From the NCBI GenBank assembly GCA_030429145.1, contig JAUIDC010000001.1, forward strand, positions 810,001 to 842,000: a stretch of 32,000 nucleotides of DNA, read 5' to 3'. Positions 17,776 through 26,325 of this stretch are shown here, piece by piece; the stretch's first letter is position 1; each line of letters starts with the position of its first letter. Position numbers and translations under genes: made by a program. Under the pieces are notes generated by a model that was given only the letters and a program-made list of their open reading frames with translations, was not told the DNA's origin and ran no database searches. The stretch comes from Candidatus Saccharimonadota bacterium (GTDB lineage: Bacteria > Patescibacteriota > Gracilibacteria > Absconditabacterales > Absconditicoccaceae).

Positions 17776-18213
17776 ATGACAACACACTATCCGGATCGAC
17801 TACCTTCAACAGCTGACAGCATGGAACGAATTGAACATGCTATTGCGATGTTTCAAAAAGCAGGATACACTATCTTGCAGGCTCTTATCTTAAATACCAT
17901 AGCCTATAAGCATCCAACACTGACCATTACTAAGGGAGAAGACAAGTATGCCCTCATCGATGAAGCAAAAAAAGCTGCTAAAGATTTTGGTCTCTGTGTC
18001 AATGAAGACAACAGCAAAATCAAAAGTGGTTATCTTGTACAGATCAGACACAACAAGCAGTGTCTTATGATTATTGTATCTACTGATCCTGTTCCTGAAA
18101 GCTTCAATCAAAAACATGGTTTTACCTTCGTTCCATTGAAAGAGACGTCGTCACAGCCGCAAGGAAAGCGAAAGAAAAAAGGCAAGAAGAGAAAACAGCT
18201 TATGACTACCTAA
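17776..18213 (+). CDS. hypothetical protein, paralog A (Lys-rich C-terminal tail)
   Basis: The track ORF starts at TTG 17731, inside the promoter, so the first ATG at 17776 is used (MTTHYPDRLPSTADSMERIEHAIAMFQKAGY...). Paralogous to 18337..18747: GYLVQIRHNKQCLMIIVSTDPVPESF...FTFVPLKET versus GHLIAVRYDAKAVAIIITDEPVEKTL...LIFVPLHTT. Confidence 0.65.
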   Translation: MTTHYPDRLPSTADSMERIEHAIAMFQKAGYTILQALILNTIAYKHPTLTITKGEDKYALIDEAKKAAKDFGLCVNEDNSKIKSGYLVQIRHNKQCLMIIVSTDPVPESFNQKHGFTFVPLKETSSQPQGKRKKKGKKRKQLMTT

Positions 18214-18221
18214 GACCTTAT

Positions 18222-18262
18222 GCCCCCGCGTGTATGCACAGTGATTTGGAGGGGCTTTTTTT
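18222..18262 (+). terminator. rho-independent terminator candidate
   Basis: GCCCC (18222-18226), about 24 nt with an inner GTG/CAC hairpin, GGGGC (18251-18255), then TTTTTTT. Confidence 0.5.
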
Positions 18263-18278
18263 ATAGTGTAAATTTTGC

Positions 18279-18306
18279 TTGACATATAGCCTTCTACGAG
18301 TAATAT
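18279..18306 (+). promoter_or_regulatory. sigma-70-type promoter candidate
   Basis: TGC-TTGACA (18279-18284), 16-nt spacer, TAATAT (18301-18306). Shares the TGCTTGACA context with the promoter at 17722. Confidence 0.5.
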
Positions 18307-18336
18307 AACGGTTCACAAAAAACAAATGCCAAACTT

Positions 18337-18747
18337 ATGAGTAAAAGAATTGCTAGGAACCAAACCATTACAAACGCTGTAGACTTTTTTACAGCAAAAG
18401 GTATTAGCATCCACTCTGTGCTAACTATGCCCAATCTTCAACAGCTTGTTGGTGTGTCACACCTCAGGGAGCCTGATTATGCTTCTATGGTAACCAGCGC
18501 AAAGAAGCTGGTACAGACCTTTGAAGGAAAGGCTCTGTCGGAAGAGAAAAACAATGCTATCCAAAGAGGGCACCTTATTGCTGTTCGTTATGATGCAAAA
18601 GCAGTTGCGATTATCATTACAGATGAGCCGGTGGAGAAAACATTGTTCGCCGAAACTGATTTGGATTTGATATTTGTCCCCTTGCATACTACGGCGTCAG
18701 AAGTAGAAGTCACTGAAAAAGAAGAACAGCTAGCAGTAGTTGCATAG
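18337..18747 (+). CDS. hypothetical protein, paralog B (acidic C-terminal tail)
   Basis: Uninterrupted 136-aa ORF, paralogous to 17776..18213 along its whole length. Confidence 0.65.
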   Translation: MSKRIARNQTITNAVDFFTAKGISIHSVLTMPNLQQLVGVSHLREPDYASMVTSAKKLVQTFEGKALSEEKNNAIQRGHLIAVRYDAKAVAIIITDEPVEKTLFAETDLDLIFVPLHTTASEVEVTEKEEQLAVVA

Positions 18748-18766
18748 CTGAACAACACTATCTTTT

Positions 18767-18819
18767 GCCCCTTATAGTTACAACCTGCATCAGGTAAGTA
18801 GCTGTGGAGGGGCTTTTTT
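18767..18819 (+). terminator. rho-independent terminator candidate
   Basis: GCCCC (18767-18771), long loop containing ACCTG-CAT-CAGGT, GGGGC (18809-18813), then TTTTTT. The 3' half TGGAGGGGCTTTTTT is identical to the terminator at 18222..18262. Confidence 0.5.
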
Positions 18820-18829
18820 CATGGGAAAA

Positions 18830-19372
18830 TTATTTTAGTTCATTCTTGCTTCTCATAAGGTTGAGGACGAACTTATCTGCAAGACGATAACGTCTCTGGA
18901 ACTCATCGAGAGACATGAAAGAGATCTGAGCGGTCTCGATAAAGAAATTTCTAAAGACTTCGCTGATATCATTTTTTATGACGTCTAAAAGAGACTTTTC
19001 GCAGTTTTTATAGATGATAACCATGTCGAGCTCCATAGTATCGTAGCCGAAAATCTTTCCTAGATAGTAGCTATCTATGATATACTCATATTTGTCAAAA
19101 AGATCCTTTAAGTCGGTGTTGAGACAGTAGAGAAGAAGTCACTTAATGTTTGATGATACAGAAGGACGAATAGTAATAGATCGTTTATTTCCTTCTTTGT
19201 CAATATCGACGATCTCACTATCCTCTAGTGAGTCTACCTGCTTTTTGATAGCAGGAAATGTCCAAGGAATCTCATGCTCCAATGCTCTGATAGATATTCC
19301 CTGTCTTCTAAAAATAAGATATTTCAAAATATCTACCTTTGTTTTACTTCAGAGGAACTTATCTAGCTTCAT
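18830..19372 (-). CDS. winged helix-turn-helix DNA-binding protein with uncharacterised C-terminal domain
   Basis: Track ORFs 18830..19036 and 19139..19327 join in frame through 2 TGA. ATG 19370-19372, TAA 18830-18832, 180 aa. wHTH-like N-terminus: SKTKVDILKYLIFRRQGISIRALEHEIPWTFPAIKKQVDSLEDSEIVDIDKEGNKRSITI. Confidence 0.6.
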
Positions 19373-19433
19373 CCATTGGAAAGAAAAGATAATTACTGTA
19401 TAGATAACCAATAGTTAGCGAATTGCAAGCAAA

Positions 19434-20195
19434 ATGTCCAGAGGGAGTTATCAGTCAGCAAGCTCTTGGTTTGCATTGCTGGTGAAAATCTGTATCCTGC
19501 TAGGGATGATGCATCGCATAGCTCATTTTATTGAGCGAGTAGGCAAATTGCTCATGAAAGCAATACTCCGATGAGTATTTCTTTTTTTGGTGCTTAATAG
19601 TATCATTTTCTTCTACTACGAGCGTCACATGTTTGCAGATGTGACAGACCTTCCAGAGCAGGCCGATGCAGTGATGATCCTTGGATCAAGTGTGAGAGGG
19701 AACAAACTCAGCCAAATTGTGCAGGATAGAGTCGAGACGGCTATCCAGATCTATCAGGCTGAAAAAGCTGAAAAAATCATCATTAGTGGCGATGGCGACA
19801 GTTCACAGCAATATTACAATGAGGTTGCTAGCATCAACAGATACCTTATCAATCGTGGAATCCCTCCTATCGATATTTTCGTCGATTTTGCTGGATATGA
19901 CACCTATGATAGTCTTCGGCGTGCACAGAAAATATATGGCATAGAGTCACTTGTTATCTCTACGCAGCGTTTTCACCTCCCGAGGGCTCTTCTCATAGCA
20001 CGTACACTTGGTATCAATGCACAGGGAATCATTGCAGATCGTACGGTCTATCATAGTGCGGCGAGAAACTCTCTGAGAGAGTCATTTGCACGCATGAAAG
20101 CTATTCTCAACCTCCTATTACAAAGCAAACCAGCTGTTTCTACTGACTCATTCATTGACATTCATGGAGAAGGCAACACATCAACGGCATTCTAA
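19434..20195 (+). CDS. SanA / YdcF-family (DUF218) protein
   Basis: Track ORF 19587..20195 extends upstream through one TGA to ATG 19434, adding an N-terminal TM segment; an alternative start is near 19554. DUF218/SanA pattern: ADAVMILGSSV, IIISGDG, NEVASINRYLINRGIPPIDIFVDFAGYDTYDSLRRA, VISTQRFHLPRAL. Confidence 0.72.
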
Positions 20196-20198
20196 CTA

Positions 20199-21554
20199 CT
20201 ACTTATAAGGCAATGGAAATTTCTGCGTCAATGCCTTCACTGCTGTGGCTAACTTCTTCATCATTTTCTTATCATCGTGTGCTAACAAACATAGTTCTAT
20301 AATAGTGGCCACCTGCGTCATCTCTTTTTTTCACATACCTCTCGTCGTCAACGCAGCAGTTCCTATCCTTATCCCGCTTGGATCAAGCGGCGATCTCTTA
20401 TCGAAGGGAATCATATTTTTATTGACGGTGATACCTATGCTTTCAAGGAGTCATTGGACCTTATCTCCTGTCAATCATGTCTTCTCTGTCCCTCGGAATG
20501 CACTAGTGACATCGATGAGTAATAGATGATTGTCTGTTCACTCAGTAATAACATTCCAGCCACGATCGACGAACTCTTTTGCAAGGTGCTGAGCATTTTC
20601 GATAACTCTTTTTGCATATGTCTTAAAAGCTGGCTGCATAGCCTCGTCAAAAGCGATAGCTTTTGCAGCATATGAGTGGACATGTGGTCCTCATTGAATA
20701 CCTGGAAATACTCCTCTATTGATAGCTTTGCCAAGTTGTCTAGAGTCATTTTTATAGTAGATTAGTCCTCCTCTTGGTCAGCGCAGTGTTTTATGTGTTG
20801 TTGTTGTCACAACATCAAAATCATTTCGTGGTCCTTCTAGCTGTCCTCCGGCGATAAGTCCTGCGATATGTGCAATATCAGCCATGAGAATAGGTGTATA
20901 TTTGTGTTTTTTTTGTACTTTTTTTGCAATCTGTCTGAATTTTGCCCGATCAAGATTTCTCGGATATGCAGAAAATCATGCGATGATAATCTTTGGCTTG
21001 TGTTTCAACGCTTTCTCCTCGATCTCTTTATAGTCTATCAGGTGCGTTTTGTCGCTGACACCATAAGAAACGACCTTGTACAACAGGCCTGAAATACTCA
21101 GTTTGTGCCCATGAGTCAGGTGTCAGCCCGCAGCCAAATCCATGCCAAGGATAGTATCCCCAGGCTTGAGCAGAGACAAGAACACTGCAGCATTTGCTGG
21201 TGACCCGCTCAGCGCCTGGACGTTCACCCCCCAGTCAGCACTTGCCATGTACTGCTGCATCTTGACCGCATAGTCAGCACTTGAAATCTTTAGTCTGCTA
21301 TTTTTCTTGATGAGTTTCATCATCGCTAAAGCTCTATACTGACAGAGAGATTCTAGTTTATCGACATTCTCCTGACCGCCATAGTAGCGAACTCCAGGAT
21401 ATCCTTCGCTATATTTGTTGGTAAACACATTGCCCATGGCGTTCATCACTGTGGGCGAAATATGGTTCTCTGACGCTATCATCTCGAGTCTCTCCTGCTG
21501 ACGCTTCGTCTCTTGTTTTATCAGAAAATTGATCTCTTTGTCGGTTTTTGGCAT
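20199..21554 (-). CDS. glyA: serine hydroxymethyltransferase
   Basis: Only the first 143 aa (21123..21554) appear in the track. The rest reads through 8 in-frame TGA to TAG 20199-20201. Motifs: [26 protein letters not shown][G][17 protein letters not shown][G]PRGG (TGA 20778-20780), FPGIQ[G]GP, TE[G][24 protein letters not shown]. 451 aa. Confidence 0.95.
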
Positions 21555-21649
21555 AAAATTTCTTTCGGAAACAATCTAAAGGATTATATTGCTATTTGTG
21601 CTATATATAGCTAAAATGAGGGCATAAATCAAAAGAAAAAATAACGTAT

Positions 21650-22099
21650 ATGGATACTACCTACAATATTAACAAAAATCTTTCTCAAATCCTTAAAATG
21701 TGGTTTGAAAACTCCTCTAAGGGGTGGACTTGCGTCATAAATCTCGAAGAAAAAGATGGAGAAACGGTATTTAGCATGTATATTCATATAGATGCAATCT
21801 ACCTAAAATTGTATTTGCTGTTTACTTCATGGCAAGACATTGTGAGTTTTTTCCAAGGGCTACAAAGTTCTAGTGCTGACGGAGAGCTTATCAAGCATTA
21901 TGGCGATAAGCGTCATGGTAAAGGGTGGCTTGAGTATAGAACATTAGAACAATGCCAGATGGATAACTCAGAGTGGGAAAAAGAAGCTATTAAGGCTCTT
22001 TGTTCTCTGCCTTTTGAAGCAATCCTTAGTGACCTTCCTGCATGGTGGCATATTGCCTTAGCCTCACCGGCGAAAGTGCTGAGTGAGGTGGCTGAGTAG
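21650..22099 (+). CDS. hypothetical protein (149 aa, Trp-rich)
   Basis: Uninterrupted ORF divergent from glyA. No family recognised. Confidence 0.6.
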   Translation: MDTTYNINKNLSQILKMWFENSSKGWTCVINLEEKDGETVFSMYIHIDAIYLKLYLLFTSWQDIVSFFQGLQSSSADGELIKHYGDKRHGKGWLEYRTLEQCQMDNSEWEKEAIKALCSLPFEAILSDLPAWWHIALASPAKVLSEVAE

Positions 22100-22158
22100 T
22101 CATTAATAAACAATATTGTTGAGTCTGCTATTATTGATGGCAGACTTTTTCTTATTTT

Positions 22159-22186
22159 TTGACAAAACAAAAAATCTCCGTATAAT
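22159..22186 (+). promoter_or_regulatory. consensus sigma-70-type promoter
   Basis: TTGACA (22159-22164), 16-nt spacer, TATAAT (22181-22186). About 34 nt upstream of ATG 22220. Confidence 0.55.
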
Positions 22187-22219
22187 CATAGTGTATTTAA
22201 ATCTTATACAAAAAATATT

Positions 22220-22711
22220 ATGGCTGACAAGATTATTGCTATGCCTACTGATGATGAGCTTTTTGCTGCGTTCCAGTATGGACTTGAAGCTGGTACTCCT
22301 GAACAAAACAAGAACATTCTTGGGATGTTTGAAAAGTTTATCGGGAAGGCAAAAGAACATCTGAAAACACTTGTTACTCTCCAAGACAATGGGCTCGCTC
22401 TCAATTTTAACGAGCAGTCGGGTAACCAAGTACTTGAAGGATTCATCGAGGCACAAGGATTTCTTCTGAAGCTTCCTTTGAAGGGAGTACTTGCAACCTT
22501 TGGCGCATCAACATTTACTGATTTCGTTAACTCAGTAAAATCAGGTAAAAATGGTAGAGAGTCTACTGTAGGTGGTATTACGAAAATCCTTATCGCTTTC
22601 TTTGAAAAGATTGGAGAGAAGTATGAGACTACTGATGATGCAGCGAGTATTACAGCAAAAGTAGAAGCAGTATTTGCAGAGCAACCAGCTGCTCCAGCAG
22701 AAAGTGCATAG
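22220..22711 (+). CDS. hypothetical protein (163 aa)
   Basis: Uninterrupted ORF behind a consensus promoter (MADKIIAMPTDDELFAAFQYGLEAGTPEQNKNILGMFEKFIGKAKEHL...). The longer antisense ORF 22204..22755 is Ser/Pro/Cys-rich and looks like a shadow ORF. Confidence 0.65.
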   Translation: MADKIIAMPTDDELFAAFQYGLEAGTPEQNKNILGMFEKFIGKAKEHLKTLVTLQDNGLALNFNEQSGNQVLEGFIEAQGFLLKLPLKGVLATFGASTFTDFVNSVKSGKNGRESTVGGITKILIAFFEKIGEKYETTDDAASITAKVEAVFAEQPAAPAESA

Positions 22712-22737
22712 TATTTATAGAAGTAATTTTGGATTAG

Positions 22738-22974
22738 ATGACTAGTGCTACGCACCTCAGAAGAAGAAAGAAGATTATCCAGAAGATACCAATCAATATC
22801 TACTATTTTCTCTTAGGTTTTGCACTGGTGATGTTTTGGAGAGGGTCATGGCGACTGATGGATCACTACTTCTTTCCTGATCTGCCACTCCTCTCTCATC
22901 TCGTTCCTCTACTCTTTGCATTGAGTTTCTTCCTTTGGAACAATGGAAAACTTGATGAGTTAGTAGGGCACTAA
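22738..22974 (+). CDS. small membrane protein (78 aa, two TM helices)
   Basis: Uninterrupted ORF with a basic N-terminus (HLRRRKKIIQK) followed by IYYFLLGFALVMFW and LLSHLVPLLFALSFFLW. Confidence 0.55.
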   Translation: MTSATHLRRRKKIIQKIPINIYYFLLGFALVMFWRGSWRLMDHYFFPDLPLLSHLVPLLFALSFFLWNNGKLDELVGH

Positions 22975-23622
22975 TTATCCAGCAATCTTTTCTCTTTCAG
23001 TGAGCTTCAATGCTCACTTTTTTTGTAAAAACTTTGGAAGCCGAGGTACGAGAAATAGCGTCCAATGCCAACGTGGTAACGGAAAGTATTTCCTTGCCGT
23101 ATTCCATAGAGAACTCGTACAGTTATTTCGCAAAAACGCATATCTTTCATGCTCTCTATGTACTGTATTGGTATGCATCGCAAGATCGACAAATAACTTT
23201 TTCACGTTTTCTTTCTCTAGGTGCAGTGGATAACGCCAAACGCTCTCTCCTCTTAACTTTCTCAACCCGACATGATCTTCTTCACTCCCCCAAATATACA
23301 AATTATAATATCACAAAAATGTCGCCTTCCAAAAATTATATTCACTTCCTTCATCAAGTTGTGCTTCTACGGAAAGCGTAATCTTCTTTGTATCAGAAAA
23401 AGAGAAGGTAAGCATCGTATGAGCAAGGAGATTTTTTGGACCAAATGGCGCGACGATGAGATCAACTCCTGTTATTTTTTCTACATCAAATGTATCAGTA
23501 ATCCAGCGTTCCTCTTGTTTATAATCTTCACTTGTTCGATGAAAATCTCTCAAATGATGAAAGGTATAGTGTGTTCAGCTATGAACAACGTCGCAGTATT
23601 TATTGTGTCATATCTTAAGCAT
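22975..23622 (-). CDS. DUF4105-like protein
   Basis: Track ORFs 23014..23301 and 23311..23553 are one frame, extended both ways through 4 TGA. ATG 23620-23622, TAA 22975-22977, 215 aa. DUF4105-like pattern: HHLRDFHRTSEDYKQEERW, LLAHTMLTFSF, ITLSVEAQLDEGSEYNFWKATFL, YAFLRNNCTSSLW. Confidence 0.55.
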
Positions 23623-23659
23623 CCTTCTAGATATAGGGATGTCAGACTTTATTGCAAAT

Positions 23660-23690
23660 AAAGAAAATGCAGGCAAGAATCCTTGCCTAC
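23660..23690 (-). terminator. rho-independent terminator candidate (downstream of hemW)
   Basis: Reverse strand: GTAGGCAAG-GATT-CTTGCCTGC (9 bp including one G-U pair, 23669-23690), followed by ATTTTCTTTATTT. Confidence 0.55.
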
Positions 23691-23773
23691 ATTTTTACTT
23701 CCACCAAAACAAATGTATTTACAACGTGCTAAGCCTATGAACTCTTAAACACAAGAGTGATTGTAGAGAAATA

Positions 23774-25036
23774 CTATGAAAACTCAAGTAGTTCGCTTGC
23801 TATGCCATTGTAGAGGTCCAGTCACTCATCAGTCAATTTCAGCGTATCGTCATCGAAATGTAACAGTCACTGATCAGCAAATTGTTCAAGGAGTGCTTTT
23901 CGATTTGATACAAACACTGGGGCGAACGCTTGGAGGTTTTTTACTCAGCGTGCTGTTCTGAGAGCGAGAAAGAAACTTTCAATCAGATAGTCTTTTTCAC
24001 TGAGGATAATCGTGCTGTCTTTCTCGCGAGACGACTCTTTCATATATCAGAAGATACTCGTCGATTCGGTGAAACGAATGCCATAGGACCCTTTTGCTTC
24101 GGGTAGCTGTTGAGCATATTCGCCAGTGAGAAAACTAGAAGCAGATGGACCGATACCAATATAGCTTTGCATAGTTCGATAGACCATATTATGGATAGAC
24201 TCTTTTCCTGGATAGGCAAAATTAGAGAGTTCGTATCTTCTGTATCATGCATCGAGGATATGCTCTTTGAGTCGCTGGAACTCAACTGTTATTTTTTCCT
24301 GATCTGTTTCAAATGGCACATGGGAGAGATCTAAGTGACTTTGTCAGTCTATCTCTTTACGCTTTGTCTTTTCTCGCTGTGCTCCCCCAAAGAGTTCCAG
24401 CGTATACAAAGAAAAACTGTCCGCAAATCCGCTTGCTGCTATACTCTGAAATCGCTCACGCCTCGCTCTGTCCCAAAAGAGATACTCATCTTCTCTTGTT
24501 CGTTCTCCGCTACCAAATGCAATAAAGTCTAGGTTAAACACATTGCGTGAATCCTTGATCTCACGAAGAGAACGAAGAAAACCTTGTATCCCTTCAAATG
24601 AGTACTGTCTTGAGGAAAGAGAAAGTATACGATCGTCGAACGACTGGATACCCAGACTAAATCTCACGCGTGGAAACTCTTTATATGTTTGCGTGATTGT
24701 CTGGATAATATCCAACATCTCATCGTGTGGATTTGGATTGAGTTCAATAGATAGTTCTTCCAGGTAGCTAAGATCAAAATACTCTGCTACATGATCAATT
24801 ATTTTCATCAATATTTTTTTTCCCAATATCCCTGGTGTTCCTCCTCCAAAATAGAGTGTCTTCAAGGCCGGCTTATCATATAACTTTCCCCAATGCTCAA
24901 TATCACGTACTACTCCCTCCACATATCACTCTATCATCTTCTGTTGTGGATCTACTCACTCTTTTGGTATCACAAAAAAACTGCAGTAACCGCATTTCTT
25001 ATCACAAAATGGCACATGAATATAAAGTGACAGCAT
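23774..25036 (-). CDS. hemW: radical SAM family heme chaperone HemW / coproporphyrinogen III oxidase-like protein
   Basis: Track ORF 24344..24922 is the core. The frame continues both ways through 8 in-frame TGA: ATG 25034-25036, TAG 23774-23776, 420 aa. Motifs: radical SAM cluster LYIHVPFCDKKCGYCSF, LYFGGGTP, SIELNP, GIQSFDD, DA[G]YRRYELSNFAYPGKESIHN, YIGIGPSASS. Confidence 0.85.
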
Positions 25037-25111
25037 GAGAGAGACTATAATGAGCTACTTTTTCATTACCACTTGTTTTTGCTATTCGACTCAATATATC
25101 TTGCCTATATC

Positions 25112-25684
25112 ATGTCTAATAGATCGATGGAGACGAAGAAAACATTCACGCTTATAGAGATGTTGATAGTGATTGTCATTGTCGGTATTTTGGCAGTAGC
25201 TTTAATTCCAAGATTACAGTCTGTACAGGCGAGAGCCAGAGATACAAAAAGAAAAACGGACTTTAGAACTATATATAATGGATTGCAAATATTTTTTACT
25301 GATAATGGAAGATATCCACAGGCCATAAATGGGTTATCTGGGGCATTCTCTTACAATACCTCACAAGGAGTTTATTCACGACACACAAGTGACTGGCTTA
25401 CTACACTAACATGAATTCTTACTAGTCTTCCTTCAGATCCTGTAAACAGAAATTTTACAGGAAATGGCTGACCATGGCGAGATGGTAATTATGTGTACTT
25501 CTATGGTGCGGTCTTCAATAGTCCAGTTCATCAGTTTGACCTTACTACTCAGCTTGAAAATCACCAAGATCCAGACAGGTGTGAACTCAAATGATACAAA
25601 TATTACTACTCTCCTCTCGATTACTGCTGATTCTGATCAAAATATATATATGAGTATTCTCCTTATTCCAATGCTGGGTTGTAG
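25112..25684 (+). CDS. type IV pilin-like protein, paralog 2
   Basis: Class III signal (MSNRS)METKKT/FTLIEMLIVIVIVGILAVALIPRL; an alternative ATG is at 25127. Track ORF 25073..25414 continues through 5 TGA to TAG 25682-25684. C-terminal TTQLENHQDPDRCELK and KYIYEYSPYS match paralog 1. Confidence 0.8.
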
Positions 25685-25756
25685 TTTCGTATTACCACTT
25701 GTTTTACGAAAAACCTTTCTTATATAAGAAACAAGAGATTTTTTTGTTGTTCATTT

Positions 25757-26299
25757 ATGAAAGAGATATCGAGAAAAGCTTTTACATTGATAGAGATGCT
25801 AATAGTGATCGTCATTATTGGTATTTTAGCAGCGGCTCTCGTACCAAGGCTTCAGTCTGTACAAGCAAGAGCAAGGGACAGCAAAAGAAAAGTAGACCTC
25901 AGGACTATTGCGAATGCAAACGAAATTCACAGGTTTGACTATGGAGTGTATGCTAAAGCAGGGACATGTTCCTACAATGTTGGTGGTTGTTATATATACA
26001 GCACAGGTGGTTACAATCCTTGGATACCTATGCTTTCAGGTGTGATGTCCTCTCTCCCTAAAGATCCCATCAATAATCTACCGACACCGTTCTCAACTAC
26101 AGGTAACTACTCATATATGTATGGCAATGTGCATGATGGTAATGAAGCGTATTTCGACCTGTATGCTCAGCTGGAGAATCATAATGATCCAGATAGATGT
26201 GCTATCCAGCAGTATGTCACGAATAAACCTGACAATACAGTTGTTCTTTGTTCCTATCCGGCACCAAGATGGCTACTCTATGTTGTATCTGCATATTAA
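25757..26299 (+). CDS. type IV pilin-like protein, paralog 3
   Basis: Uninterrupted 180-aa ORF: MKEISRKA/FTLIEMLIVIVIIGILAAALVPRLQSVQARARDSKRKVDLRTI, with later AQLENHNDPDRC. Followed directly by a palindromic terminator. Confidence 0.85.
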   Translation: MKEISRKAFTLIEMLIVIVIIGILAAALVPRLQSVQARARDSKRKVDLRTIANANEIHRFDYGVYAKAGTCSYNVGGCYIYSTGGYNPWIPMLSGVMSSLPKDPINNLPTPFSTTGNYSYMYGNVHDGNEAYFDLYAQLENHNDPDRCAIQQYVTNKPDNTVVLCSYPAPRWLLYVVSAY

Positions 26300-26301
26300 A
26301 T

Positions 26302-26325
26302 AAAAAGAGCTCTAGAGCTCTTTTT
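26302..26325. terminator. bidirectional rho-independent terminator (perfect palindrome)
   Basis: AAAAAGAGCTCTAGAGCTCTTTTT is a perfect inverted repeat with A-run and T-run flanks. It lies between the convergent pilin paralog 3 and the uridine-kinase-like gene, whose TAA (26324-26326) sits in the T/A run. Confidence 0.7.

Noticed and set aside
20199-21554. The fragmented appearance of glyA, and likewise hemW, miaA, aspS, dut, adk and valS, suggesting frameshifted pseudogenes or sequencing errors.
   Set aside because: All fragments of each gene lie in the same frame. Every break is a TGA, most at conserved glycines, and no frameshifts are needed.
22204-22755. A long antisense ORF (183 aa) and similar shadow ORFs elsewhere, such as 13643..14113, 12972..13364, 4174..4479, 4747..5079, 23272..23661 and 16782..17114.
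   Set aside because: Each lies opposite a gene with clear homology or better signals. Their translations are Ser/Cys/Phe/Leu-rich and low in complexity, which is typical of antisense frames in AT-rich DNA.
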